Notes under the pieces: model-generated
Seen by the model: only the letters and a program-made list of their open reading frames with translations
Database searches by the model: none
What the model was told of the DNA's origin: nothing
Shown here: positions 50,388-62,326 of the stretch, one piece after another
Position numbering within the stretch: the stretch's first letter is position 1
Layout of the letters: each line of letters starts with the position of its first letter
NCBI RefSeq assembly: GCF_039654945.1
Contig: NW_027361743.1
Span: 57,970,001 to 58,034,000, forward strand
Length of the DNA stretch: 64,000 nt
DNA from: Dendrobates tinctorius
Lineage: Eukaryota
Direction: 5' to 3'
Translations under genes and position numbers: made by a program

Positions 50388-53319
50388 CGGGGCACCCCCA
50401 CCTGAAAGTTTTTCCAGGGTGGGAGGCAGACTTTCCTTTTTCGTGGATGCTTGGCTGTCGGTTGTCGACGACGATTGGGTCAGGGAAATCATCGCATCCG
50501 GTTACAAGATCGAATTTTCTTCGCCGCCAGACAGGCGTTTTTTCCTGTCTCGTCCTCCAAGACCAACGGTCCCACATTCCAGGATTCTTTCAGGCCGTCT
50601 CCTCCCTTCTTTCCGCCGGAGTGATTGTTCCCGTTCCCTCAGACGAACGGTTTTCAGGGTTCTACTCAAATCTCTTCGTAGTCCCGAAGAAAGACGGTTC
50701 CCTGCGGCCAATCCTGGACCTCAAATTGCTCAATCGCCACGTGAAGATTCTTCACTTCAAAATGGAGTCTCTTCGATCGGTGATAGCCTCAATGGAACCC
50801 GGAGAATTCCTCTGCTCTGTGGACATACGGGATGCCTATCTTCACATCCCTGTTTCCTTGCAACATCAGAAATATCTCAGGTTTGCGATTCAGGACGATC
50901 ATTACCAGTTCACGGCTCTCCCTTTCGGCCTAGCCTCCGCTCCCCGTGTTTTCACGAAAGTGATGGCGACGGTCATGGCCATCCTTCGAGCCAGAGTGAT
51001 TCTCATCATTCCTTATCTGGACGATCTCTTAATCAAGGGCTCGTCCAGTCAAGACTGTCTCCTAAGTCTTCAGATAACCCTGGATATTCTCGACCATCTC
51101 GGATGGTTAGTCAACAAAGAAAAGTCCGTCCTCAGCCCCACTCAGCGTCTGACCTTTTTAGGCATGGAGTTCGACACGAACCTGGCCCGGGTGTTTCTTC
51201 CGAGGGAAAAATTTGCGGCTCTGTTCAAAGGGATTCGAGCCCTCAAACGGCCAACGCCCATTCCCCTTCGATTCTGCATGAAAATTCTGGGGAAGATGGT
51301 AGCTTCCTTGGAAGCAGTGCCCTTTGCACAGTTCCACCTTCATCCTCTTCAGCTGTCCCTCCTTTCAGCCTGGGACAAGACGACGAGGTCCTTAGACCGG
51401 CCAATTCTTCTCCCCCTCAAAGTGAGGCAATCCCTCACTTGGTGGACGATGGCTACATCAGTCCTCCAAGGGAGGTCCTTCCTCCCGCTTCGGTGGCAAG
51501 TCATCACCACCGACGCCAGCCTCCTGGGTTGGGGAGTGGTTTTTCATCAGAGGACGGCTCAAGGACACTGGAACCCTCAGGAAGCTCTTCTTCCTATCAA
51601 TCTGCTGGAGATCAGAGCAATCTTTCTGGCCCTTCTTCGCTGGCAACCCCTTCTCGTCGGCAAGCCGATCCGCATTCAGTCGGACAACGCCACGGCTGTG
51701 GCGTACATAAACCATCAGGGCGGCACGCGCAGCCACCAAGTCATGTCAGAAGTGGCCAGGATTCTGCGCTGGGCGGAACGTTTCGTCCCAGCAATCTCCG
51801 CCGTGCACATTCCAGGGGTGGAAAACTGGGCAGCCGACTTTCTGAGTCGTCAAGGCCTAGCGTCAGGCGAATGGTCTCTCCATCCCTCAGTCTTCGATCA
51901 GATATGCAAGCGCTGGGGGTCTCCGGACGTCGACCTCATGGCGTCTCGGATGAACCACAAAGTTCCGCGCTTCGTAGCCAGGTCCAGGGATCCTCTAGCC
52001 GTCGCTTGCGATGCCCTAGTAATTCCGTGGTCCCAGTTCCAACTCCCTTATCTTTTTCCACCTCTTGCCTTGATCCCAAGAGTGGTCAAGAAGATAAAAT
52101 CGGAAGGCGTTCCAGTAATTCTTGTGGCTCCAGACTGGCCGAGACGGTCTTGGTATGCGGAACTGGTGAACATGCTCGCGGACGTTCCCTGGAGACTTCC
52201 AGTCCGTCCGGATCTTCTCTCGCAAGGCCCCCTTTACCACGAGAATTCTCGGTCTCTGAATTTAACAGCATGGCCGTTGAGGCCGCAATTCTAAGAGAAT
52301 CAGGTTTTTCCAGCCAGGTGATTCAGACGATGATCAAAGCCAGGAAGCCAGCCTCTTCCCGCATTTACCACAGGTGTTGGAAGGCTTTTTTCCGTTGGTA
52401 CGACGATAAAAAAGTTTTTCCAATGGTTTTTTCCATTCCGTCCATACTGGGTTTTCTCCAGTCTGGCTTAGATTCGGGTCTGTCTCTCAGTACCCTGAAA
52501 GGCCAGGTTTCTGCCTTGTCTATCCTCTTTCAAAGAGAGCTCGCTTCCTTACCGCAGGTTAAGACGTTCCTCCAAGGAGTCGCTCATGTGGCTCCTCCTC
52601 ATCATTCACCAATAGAACCGTGGGATCTCAATCTCGTTCTTGGCGCTCTCCAAAAGGCGCCGTTTGAGCCCATCCAGGACATTCCTTTGTCACTTTTGTC
52701 ATGGAAGGTGACCTTTTTGATCGCCATTACATCCATCAGAAGAGTTTCTGAGTTAGCGGCCTTGTCATTCCGTTCTCCTTATCTGGTGCTCCATCAGGAT
52801 AAAGTCGTCCTCAGGCCCGTTCCTTCCTTCCTGCCAAAGGTGGTTTCCTCCTTTCACATCAACGAGGATATCGTTCTTCCATCGTTTTGTCCGGCTCCTT
52901 CTCACCCTCTTGAGAGGTCACTCCACAAGCTGGATGTTGTTAGAGCCTTGCGTGTCTACCTCGCTAGGACCGCTTCACTTCGTCAATCCGATTCTTTGCT
53001 GGTCATCTCTGAAGGTCACAGGAAAGGGCTTCCGGCATCCAAATCCACGATTGCTCGCTGGATTCGTTCTACCATTCAGGAAGCATACCGACTTCAGGAA
53101 AAACGGCCTCCTCCGGGAGTGAGAGCTCACTCCACCCGGGCTGTGGCAGCTTCGTGGGCCGTTCGACACCAGGCTTCGGCTCTGCAACTTTGCAGGGCCG
53201 CGACCTGGTCGTCCTTGCACACATTTGCGAGGTTCTACAGGGTTCATACCCAGGCCTCGTCTGATGCAGTTGTTGGTAGGAAGGTTCTGCAGGCGGCGGT
53301 GGCGCACAGGCCGACCTAA
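50134..53319 (+). CDS. DIRS-B ORF3: tyrosine recombinase (domain about 52270-53319) with a long stop-free frame overlapping ORF2
   Basis: SIRRVSEL, AHSTR and FARFY motifs; true start codon uncertain. Confidence 0.88.
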   Translation: MPLGVKVLLSPSLDQDAFLIERVFGPLGLFVRSRPQRDLSSKSVLPLLGSESRRNLLTSPLPAGDLEHNTPGPQAPVPVGLPPSDGAPPPESFSRVGGRLSFFVDAWLSVVDDDWVREIIASGYKIEFSSPPDRRFFLSRPPRPTVPHSRILSGRLLPSFRRSDCSRSLRRTVFRVLLKSLRSPEERRFPAANPGPQIAQSPREDSSLQNGVSSIGDSLNGTRRIPLLCGHTGCLSSHPCFLATSEISQVCDSGRSLPVHGSPFRPSLRSPCFHESDGDGHGHPSSQSDSHHSLSGRSLNQGLVQSRLSPKSSDNPGYSRPSRMVSQQRKVRPQPHSASDLFRHGVRHEPGPGVSSEGKICGSVQRDSSPQTANAHSPSILHENSGEDGSFLGSSALCTVPPSSSSAVPPFSLGQDDEVLRPANSSPPQSEAIPHLVDDGYISPPREVLPPASVASHHHRRQPPGLGSGFSSEDGSRTLEPSGSSSSYQSAGDQSNLSGPSSLATPSRRQADPHSVGQRHGCGVHKPSGRHAQPPSHVRSGQDSALGGTFRPSNLRRAHSRGGKLGSRLSESSRPSVRRMVSPSLSLRSDMQALGVSGRRPHGVSDEPQSSALRSQVQGSSSRRLRCPSNSVVPVPTPLSFSTSCLDPKSGQEDKIGRRSSNSCGSRLAETVLVCGTGEHARGRSLETSSPSGSSLARPPLPREFSVSEFNSMAVEAAILRESGFSSQVIQTMIKARKPASSRIYHRCWKAFFRWYDDKKVFPMVFSIPSILGFLQSGLDSGLSLSTLKGQVSALSILFQRELASLPQVKTFLQGVAHVAPPHHSPIEPWDLNLVLGALQKAPFEPIQDIPLSLLSWKVTFLIAITSIRRVSELAALSFRSPYLVLHQDKVVLRPVPSFLPKVVSSFHINEDIVLPSFCPAPSHPLERSLHKLDVVRALRVYLARTASLRQSDSLLVISEGHRKGLPASKSTIARWIRSTIQEAYRLQEKRPPPGVRAHSTRAVAASWAVRHQASALQLCRAATWSSLHTFARFYRVHTQASSDAVVGRKVLQAAVAHRPT
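50384..52294 (+). CDS. DIRS-B ORF2: reverse transcriptase, RNase H and DNA adenine methyltransferase-like domain (probable frameshift near 50560)
   Basis: GFYSNLFVVPKKDG, VDIRDAY, LPFGL, YLDD, TTDAS, SDNAT, NWAADFLSR, VDLMAS, YLFPP. Confidence 0.93.
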   Translation: MTGHPHLKVFPGWEADFPFSWMLGCRLSTTIGSGKSSHPVTRSNFLRRQTGVFSCLVLQDQRSHIPGFFQAVSSLLSAGVIVPVPSDERFSGFYSNLFVVPKKDGSLRPILDLKLLNRHVKILHFKMESLRSVIASMEPGEFLCSVDIRDAYLHIPVSLQHQKYLRFAIQDDHYQFTALPFGLASAPRVFTKVMATVMAILRARVILIIPYLDDLLIKGSSSQDCLLSLQITLDILDHLGWLVNKEKSVLSPTQRLTFLGMEFDTNLARVFLPREKFAALFKGIRALKRPTPIPLRFCMKILGKMVASLEAVPFAQFHLHPLQLSLLSAWDKTTRSLDRPILLPLKVRQSLTWWTMATSVLQGRSFLPLRWQVITTDASLLGWGVVFHQRTAQGHWNPQEALLPINLLEIRAIFLALLRWQPLLVGKPIRIQSDNATAVAYINHQGGTRSHQVMSEVARILRWAERFVPAISAVHIPGVENWAADFLSRQGLASGEWSLHPSVFDQICKRWGSPDVDLMASRMNHKVPRFVARSRDPLAVACDALVIPWSQFQLPYLFPPLALIPRVVKKIKSEGVPVILVAPDWPRRSWYAELVNMLADVPWRLPVRPDLLSQGPLYHENSRSLNLTAWPLRPQF

Positions 53320-53380
53320 GCCTTTCCTGTTCTTTCGTTCCTTATTGCTGTTCCCGCCCTTGGGACTGCTTTGGAACGTC

Positions 53381-53477
53381 CCATGGTATTCTGTGTCCCC
53401 CAATAAGGCGATAAAGAAAGATGGATTTTTGGTTCTTACCGTAAAATCTTTCTTGGAGCCTTCATTGGGGGACACAG
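53381..53477 (+). other. DIRS-B internal complementary region (ICR)
   Basis: First half is the reverse complement of the left end (37461-37499); second half is the reverse complement of the right end (53693-53755); the halves overlap at AAA. Confidence 0.9.
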
Positions 53478-55267
53478 CACCCTCCCTGTTTAATTTGTAC
53501 CGTGTTGGGTCTTTGAGTCCCCTGTTAGGTTGGTACATATGTTTAGAGAGTTTCCGTTGCTTCTCCTACTGCTTTCTCACCAACTGAGGTGCCTAGTGCC
53601 TGTCGGTGGGTGTATACTGCCGGGGAGGAGCTAATTTTCTTGTTTTGCATAGTGTCAGCCTCCTAGCAGCAGCAGCATACACCCATGGTATTCTGTGTCC
53701 CCCAATGAAGGCTCCAAGAAAGAGATTTTACGGTAAGAACCAAAAATCCATCTTTTACCCCCTCATATGGGGTATCAGCCTACTCAGGACAATTTGCAAA
53801 ACAACTTTTGGGGTCCTATTTCTCCTGTTGCCCTTAGGAAAATAAAAATTTTGGGGCAAAAATATCATTTTTGTGGGAAAAAAAATTTTTTTGTTATTTT
53901 CACGCCTGGGCGTTATAAACTTCTGTGAAGCACTTGGGGGTTCAAAGTTCTCACCACACATCTAGATAAGTTCCTTGGGGGGGTCTAGTTTCCAAAATGG
54001 GGTCATTTGTGGGGGGTTTCCACTGTTTTGGTACATCAGGGGCTTTCCAAACGCGACATGGTGTCCGATCTCAATTCCAGCCAAAAAAGTCAAATGGCGC
54101 TGCTTGCCTTCCGAGCTCTGCCATGTGCCCAAATAGTCATTTACACCCACATATGGGGTATCAGCGTACTCAGGACAGATTGCACAATAACTTTTAGGGT
54201 CCTGTTACCCTTGGGAAAATAAAAATTGGGGGTGAAAAGATCATTTTGTGGAAAAAATATGATTTTTTAATTGTACGGCTGTACATTATAAACTTCTGTG
54301 AAGCCCTTGTGGGTTCAAAGTTCTCACCACATATCTAGATAAGTTCCTTAGGGGGTCTAGTTTCAAAAATGTGGTCACTTGTGGGGGGTTTCCACTGTTT
54401 AGGTACATCAGGGGCTCTCCAAACGCGACATGGCGTCCGATCAGAATTCCAGCCAATTTTGCATTGAAAAAGTCAAACGGCGCTCCTTCCCTTCTGAGCT
54501 CTGCCATGCGCCGAAACAGTGGTTCCCCACCACATATCAGGTATCGCGTGCTCAGGACAAATTGCACAATAATTTTTGCAGTCCAATGTCTCCTGTTACA
54601 CTTGGTAAAATAAAAAAAATTGAACCTGAAGTAATTTTTTTTGTGAAAAAAAGTTAAATGTTAATTTTTTTTAAATATTCAAAAAATTCCTGTGACGCAC
54701 CTGAAGGGTTAATAAACTCCTTGAATGTGGTTTTAAGCACCTTAAGGGGTGCAGTTTTTAGAATGGTGTCACTTTTGGGTATTTTCTATCATATAGACTC
54801 CTCAAAGTGGCTTCAAATGTGATGTGGTCCGTAAAAATAAAATGGTGTTGCAAAAATGAGAGATCGCTGGTCAACTTTTAACCCTTATATCTTACTAACA
54901 AATAAAAATTTTGGTTCGAAAATTGTGCTGATGTAAAGTAAACATGTGGCAAATGTTACTTATTAACTTTTTTGTGTGCCATATCTCTGTGATTTAAGGG
55001 CATAAAAATTCAAAGTTGGAAAATTGCGGAATTTTCAAAATTTTCGCCAAATTTCCGTTTTTTTTTCACAAATAAGCGCAAGTTATATGAATGAAATTTT
55101 ACCACTAACGTGAAGTACAATATGTCACGAGAAAACAGTGTCAGAATCACCGGGATCCATGGAAGCGTTTCAGAGTTATTACCTCATAAAGGGAAAGTGG
55201 TCAGAATTGTAAAAATTGGCCCGGTAGTTAACGTGCAAACCACCCTTGGTAGTTAACGGGTTAAAGG

Positions 55268-55895
55268 CAGGGCTGTGGAGTCGGAGTCGGTGCTCATTTT
55301 GGTGGAGTCGGAGTTGGAGTCGGTATAAAATGGACCGACTCCGACTCCGACTCCTAAAATATATAATAAATTGGGTACAGTAATTCAATGCAGGATGTGC
55401 TGAATATTTTTTCATAGGAGTTTGGGAAAGTTATGAAATGTCCTATAAATGGCTGTTCTATTCCTGATCTAAGGCTACATTCACACACAGCGTTTTTCCT
55501 GTGTTTTTTGAGGATATGTTTTTCAGCTGCAAAAGTTGATCATCTTTTTAAAAAACTGCATCACCTGAAAGGTTTTTGAGCTCATAGATAATGTTCTCAA
55601 TAGCAAAAGCAGATTAGAAATCTGCTCTATCTATATATCCATTTATCCATATCGTATCTGTACCAAAAAGAATGAAAACCGGGTAGTACACCAATATATA
55701 TTCTGTTCTATCTAAATATCTTGATTATTGGATCATAAAAATGATTAAATGTCTGAGGTTCACATTGTACTACAATAAATTTTTCACTTAAATATAAGCA
55801 ATATGTGTGGGAGTCGGAGTCGTGGAGTTGGAGTCGGTGTAAGGGAAATTGAGGAGTCGGAGTCGCAGGTTTGGCTTACCGACTCCACAGCCCTG
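55268..55895 (+). mobile_element. hAT MITE, copy 2
   Basis: Perfect 8-bp TSD GTTAAAGG; near-identical reverse complement of 8636-9231. Confidence 0.9.
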
Positions 55896-56454
55896 GTTAA
55901 AGGTCATTTTTCCTCCCTAAACTCTTTAGTATGTATGTAATGTAGTGTAGGTAGACTAATATACTTGCCAATCACCATCTTGCCTGTTTTCCGCACCGCT
56001 GCCGTCCTCTTTTGTATCACTTGACTTAAATCCGTGTGTGGACGCGAAGTCGCTTTTACAATGTAAGCCTATGAGGCCTTCAAGCTGCCCCATCACAAAA
56101 CAAGGCTCAATGGGCATACATTATAAAAGTGACTTCTGGCATACACAAACCCTTGAGTGAGCGGAACTGGAAGCCAGGGGAGACTGCAACCGGTGAGTAT
56201 ATTAATACTCGCACTATGATGCATACATATTAAAAGGATAGAACTTTTTGCGGGACGGTTTCTTTAAGAAATCTCATGCACACCCTGCAAATAATATAGA
56301 AAATTGTTTGGCACTGTGGATGTGGTATCTGCAGCAAGTTGTCTTATGCTGCCAAAGTTACTGCAGATATCTCTTAACATTGCAGGTGTATGTGCTGCTT
56401 GAAGGGAGTCTTGCACCTGGAATACAAATTGAACTTTTATGTTGAGGACATAGC

Positions 56455-56456
<2 letters not shown>

Positions 56457-56511
<55 letters not shown>
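56457..56511. repeat. (AT)n microsatellite
   Basis: About 27 perfect AT units. Confidence 0.95.
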
Positions 56512-56514
<3 letters not shown>

Positions 56515-57230
56515 CATTGCTGTCATTATTTTTACAACCCTTGTATAATCTAATTGCTGACCCTGACTTATTCTGTGATTCTCTCCTCCTCCCTACACTC
56601 CTGGGTTCACCCGAGTAGCAAGCGGTGGCAGAAGACAGCAATGAAAGTGGGACCTGCCCCCACACTGTGCGCCGCTGACTCCTTCATAGTCAGTGTGCAG
56701 GTGCAGAGCCACAGTTGGGGTTCAGGCAGCGCTCACTCTTGCCAAGCGAGTGCTGTATGAGGGAAATACTCAGTATGCAAATTGAGGGGTCACACAGCTC
56801 TTGGCCATGGCAAGCATGCACCAGTATCCCCTCATTTGCATATGGAATTAATTGAATTTTAAAAGTAATTACAGCAATGAAATTTATGCTGCTTACACTA
56901 TTTTTTTTTTTTTCTTTTCTTTTAGGGGCTACGTCCCCAATATAACTTTAATTTGCATTTCAGGGGTTAACCCACCCCCACCCCCCGTTAACTTCCCGAT
57001 TTTCATAAGAAAATATTCAGTGTTTCTACTGAGCGCGTCTAATCCCGGTCTCAATGCTGTTCCCATCACCATTTTTTTTGCACTTGAGAAGTTATATATA
57101 TGACCATAAGTAACTCTGTTCTTTTAAGGGCCACTTCCGCTTGCATACATCCCAGGATCACCCCTTTTCATCCTTCTGCGGTAACATTTTTAATACAAGA
57201 TTATTTGTAAACCTGTTTTCTTTTCTGTAG

Positions 57231-57400
57231 GTGATGGTCCTCAGTGTAGAGATTATGTAATCTCACTTGGAGTTGTCAAACCGCTCTTGTCCTTCATCAA
57301 CCCTTCCATCCCCATCACCTTCCTCCGGAACGTCACATGGGTCATTGTCAATCTGTGTAGGAATAAGGACCCTCCACCGCCAATGGAGACTGTGCAGGAG
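57231..57400 (+). CDS. KPNA3: KPNA3 exon 9, [56 protein letters not shown]
   Basis: ctgtag|GT...GAG|gtaatc, 170 nt; phase matches exon 8 across the 21.8-kb intron. Confidence 0.97.
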
Positions 57401-57550
57401 GTAATCGTGCTAATCGATGGTGCCGTTGTCTTTGTACGGGTTCTGTGTCCAGATGTTTTGCATAGTGTTCATCTATGTGCTATGGTTTGGACCACACAGT
57501 GGATCATTCAAAATCATTTCTAGTAATAACAGTGTTTAATATATTTGCTA

Positions 57551-57948
57551 AAGCACCACTCGAGCGGGTTTGTTTTGTTTAAACGTAAATCCCCTGCCCC
57601 CGGTCATATGCTCCCCCCTCTGGCGTCTTCACCGTTTTTCAGCACCGCTCCTGTCCCTCGGTGACATCTTATGAACGCAGCTTCTGATTGGCCAGAAGTC
57701 AGAAGCTACATCACAAGCTCTCAATGCTAGACTATGAGAGCGAGAATGAGGCCTTCATAGACTTATATTGATTAGTGATCTCCAGCACGCTCCATGAAAC
57801 ACTGGAGCAGCCGGCAGGTTAAAAACTGCAGGAGCGTCAGCAAAAACAAATGAAAACGCTGGAGGGTGAGTATGAGACGAGGCACAGGGGACTTAAATTT
57901 TAAGCACCACTCCAGCGGTAAAATAAAAAATCCCACTGGAGTGGTGCT
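57551..57948. mobile_element. T2/Kolobok-type MITE
   Basis: Ends AAGCACCACTC / GAGTGGTGCTT followed by TAA; palindromic body. Confidence 0.6.
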
Positions 57949-58276
57949 TTAAGGATTTCCCACAGTATATACTTACCACTGGGATCACCACTTATTACCC
58001 ATACATGGACCCCAGTGAAGAAGAGCTTGAATGGAGTGGTGTCCTTCAATTGAAAGTATGGGGCAGACAGACGCCCTCGTACAGTGCTTGCCTATTTCTG
58101 GCAGAACTCATACTCAAGCTGCGCTCCATTCATGCTCTTCTTCACCGCGGTTGTATAGTAAGGAAGGAACAGGATGATCACTCTTCCTGTTTTAGTTGTG
58201 TGGTGGATCTGGCCTGGGGACCCCACTTAACTAAATATCTATCACCTATTCATTCCATTAATAACTGTGTGCTTTA

Positions 58277-58674
58277 AGGGAGTTGTCCGGTGAAAACAGA
58301 TTACTGCCTATTCACAGGAAAGTGGTGGTAACTTGCTGATTCGCAGAATGGGAAATTTTTTATTCCTGGCTAAGCACTTTTGCCCCCCCCCCCGGTTACA
58401 AAAAGGAATTGACGGATCAAAGACCTTACCACCATTCTTTTTTTTTTTTTTTTTTGCGGGCTGCAAGAAAAAAAAGTAAGGATCCACACTTCGCAGCCCT
58501 ATAGGAAATGAAGGAAGCTGCTGTCGAACATGCGCACTGCCACTGCATTCTAATAGGGATAAAAGTGACCTTTTTTGTTGATCAGTGCAGGTCCCAGCGG
58601 TCGAACCTCACTAATCAAAAAAAATCACCCATCCTGTGGGTAGGTGATAACTTGTTTTCACTGTTCAACACCTT
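58277..58674. mobile_element. Degenerate TTAA-flanked MITE
   Basis: ttaa-GGGGAGTTGTCCGGTGAAAACAG ... CTTGTTTTCACTGTTCAACACCT-ttaa. Confidence 0.55.
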
Positions 58675-58745
58675 TAAATTGCAGAAACATATTTATACAA
58701 CCCAATGGTCTCAACCTAATGTACCTCTTTCGCTTCTTCTTGTAG

Positions 58746-58790
58746 ATCTTGCCGGCTCTTTGTGTCCTAATATACCATACCGACATTAAT
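58746..58790 (+). CDS. KPNA3: KPNA3 exon 10, ILPALCVLIYHTDIN
   Basis: ttgtag|ATC...AAT|gtgagt, 45 nt. Confidence 0.95.
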
Positions 58791-58957
58791 GTGAGTATAT
58801 GGCATTCACATTAGCATCATTTTCTGTTTGTGCCGTCAATAGTCAATACGTCTATGGTCGACTTGTGTTTGCTGACACCTTATCTTATATACCATATTTT
58901 TTGTCGTATTAGTTTTGCCATTTGTCGATATGTATTCTGTCTCTTTATCCTCTTTAG

Positions 58958-59107
<150 letters not shown>

Positions 59108-59970
59108 TAAACTGACAATTTAATGGATTTATGATACTTCAGTCGTTGAAGCCTTGTCTGAAAGGGTCATTCCCATCATGTAAAGTAATGGCATATAATT
59201 TGGGATGCCTCCATTCTGGGTAAGAAGGGGCCGCAGAACTGCTTTGGTTTGTGTGTCCACAAAGCCGATGTGATGCTGAAATTTCTGTGATTGTCCCATT
59301 CATCTGAATGAAATTCGCAAAGATCAGTTTGCTTGAGGCCAGAGCGGATGAAGAAAACTACAACTTTATCAGTTGAAGTTTCTGAAACAAATTCAGTCTT
59401 AGCGGTGTATCCTCCTAATGTTTACTGTCACAGATCCATTATATTCTGAGGTCAGACCCCTGCACAAATAAAAAAAAAAAAAAAATCATAGCATATCCTA
59501 GCATGTCATCACTTTTTAATGAAAACAGCTTCCAATACACTCCTCCCAGATCCCAGATGGTTTTGGTTTTTTTTTAGCTGGATGCCAGTCACAGAAGCTT
59601 ATATATTCAGCATAAGTAACATTTGCATTTTAAATACAGTCGTCTTTAATATTTTGCAGCTAAACCATTATTTGCTCATTCACACGCCCTCATTCCTGTG
59701 TTTAGGGCTTAAAGAGAACCTGTTAGCCATTCTTTTGATGCCCTCATTACAGAATGCGGCGGTCTGCTGGGCCTGGGGAGTAAGGGTAATGACTGTTGAG
59801 AAGTCATAGGCATCTGTCCGCAGACTTTTCTCCTTGCTTTTCAAGAGGTTTCCACCAAGACACCCCAAACATTTTACAGTAAAACATAGAATTCTGAAAT
59901 GATCTGTATTTGGCTTGTGGGCAGCATAAAATATCTTGCAAGTTTCCTTTCTAGTGAGTTCAAATCCTGA

Positions 59971-60192
<222 letters not shown>

Positions 60193-60236
60193 TAAACATA
60201 GTGTGCCATACAGTTCTGTAGTGATCAGAGTTTGGT

Positions 60237-61375
60237 TCAGCAGGAGTTTCGGTATTACACCATATACAGCTGGAGTCTGGGTATTATGGCTGAGCTACAC
60301 GGATTATTGCACCGTATACAGCTGGAGTCTGGGTATTATGGCTGCGATACATGGATTATTGCACCGTATTCAGCCGGTGTCTGGGTAATATGGCTGAGAT
60401 ACACATAGTATTGCACCGTATACAGCTGAAGTCCTGGTATTGCAGCTGAGATACATAAATTATTGCACCGTATACAGCTGGAGTCTGGGTATATTCAGAA
60501 GGAGTCTAGGTATTATAACTGAGATACATGGATTATTGCACAGTATACAGCTGGAGTCTATTATGGCTGAGATACAGGGATTATTGCACCATATACAGCT
60601 GGAGTCTGGGTATTACGACTGAGATACATGGATTATTGCACCGTATACAGCTGGAGTCTGGGTATTATGGCTGAGATACATGGATTATTGCACCATATAC
60701 AGCTGGAGTCTGGGTATTATGGCTGAGATACATGGATTATTGCACCATATACAGCTGGAGTCTGGGTATTACGGCTGAGATACACGGATTATTGCACTGT
60801 ATTCAGCAGGAGTCTGGGTATTATGGCTGAGATACATGGATAATTGCACCATATTCAGAAGGAGTCTAGGTATTATAACTGAGATACATGGATTATTGCA
60901 CTGTATACAGCTGGAGTCTGGGTATTATGGCTGAGATACATGGATTATTGCACCATATACAGCTGGAGTCTGGGTATTACGGCTGAGATACATGAATTAT
61001 TGCACCGTATACAGCTGGAGTCTGGGTATTATGGCTGAGATACATGGATTATTGCACCGTATTCAGAAGGAGTCTAGGTATTATAACTGAGATACATGGA
61101 TTATTGCACCGTATACAGCTGGAGTCTGGTTATTATGGCTGAGATACATGGATTATTGCACCATATACAGCTGGAGTCTGGGTATTATGGCTGAGATACA
61201 TGGATTATTGCACCATATACAGCTGGAGTCTGGGTATTACGGCTGAGATACATGGATTATTGCACCATATACAGCTGGAGTCTGGGTATTATGGCTGAGA
61301 TACACGGATTATTGCATGATACACAGCAGGAGTCTGGGTATTATGGCTGAGATACATGTATTATTGCACCATATC
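60237..61375 (+). repeat. 52-bp minisatellite, about 21 copies
   Basis: Unit ATACAGCTGGAGTCTGGGTATTATGGCTGAGATACATGGATTATTGCACCRT. Confidence 0.93.
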
Positions 61376-61439
61376 CGGTAGATATTGGCACACTAACTTT
61401 ATAGTTTGATTCTGTATTTCTGTATTTTCTTTGCTTTAG

Positions 61440-61553
<114 letters not shown>

Positions 61554-62326
61554 TAAGAGAAAGCACATTCTCCTTTATTGAGCTGTGTAAACATTCTGGC
61601 AGTTCATCGATTATTTATGACGATCCATCAGTTTATGTCGTCTTAAAAATTAGTTACTGGCCACACATCGCCCCATGTAACAAGGGCATGTGCTGCTGTT
61701 AACATGTATGGGTATCAAGAAAATCTTAACAACTGTTCTGTGTAACCAACCCAGCAAACAAGAGCTAATCAGCTTTTATATAGTCTGTTCTCTTTACAGG
61801 CTGAAATCCTCCCAACTAAAACAGTATGGAAATGCATTGCAGGATGTGTTAGTTCAGATTGGAAATGACTGGTCCCATATTGTGTCCTGCTAGAACTGTA
61901 TAGCATTGAAACAATATCATCTGAACCGAAAACATTATATTCAAACAAGTTAGAAAGGCCATATGCCAAAGAATAGGCATACTCCGGTAACCAACATGGA
62001 CCCTCCCAACGTGGCAATCTCTATATAGAAAATTGAATGTGTGTGTATATCATCAACCAATCATGAAGCATCTTTCATTTCACCAGAGCTGTTTAAAAGA
62101 AGCTGAGCTGTGATTGGTTGCTATGAGCAACAGTTTTCTCACTGCATGACACCACCTCAGCAAACAGTGACCTGGTGGGAGAAATCTAGCATCCCTGGGA
62201 ACATAAGCTCCAGCCATCGTCTGCCCCGCAGAAAGGAGCAGAGAGAGAGCACATGACAGAAATGAATCCCCCCTCCCTGCCCGTATCCCCATCACACATT
62301 CTCCATCCCATAGGCACATCTTCCCT

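Larger units (their letters stand above)
37461..53755 (+). mobile_element. DIRS1-type retrotransposon B (~6.07 kb once the ERV is removed), near intact
   Basis: 125-bp inverted repeats at 37476-37600 and 53582-53706, identical by eye; ICR at 53381-53477; TTT at both junctions and no TSD; three ORFs. Confidence 0.95.
35834..55260. mobile_element. Non-autonomous piggyBac-like element, copy 2 (~3.1 kb of its own sequence, opposite orientation to copy 1), hosting DIRS-B and the ERV
   Basis: TTAA at 35830-33 and 55261-64; TIR CCCCTTACCTAC / GTAGTTAACGGG; 54680-55225 is the reverse-complement homolog of about 2950-3470; same ~390-bp internal units. Confidence 0.78.

Noticed and set aside
52975-53538. 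187-aa minus-strand ORF and other shadow ORFs over the DIRS and ERV
   Set aside because: Antisense shadows of real coding frames or of the ICR, with no independent motifs
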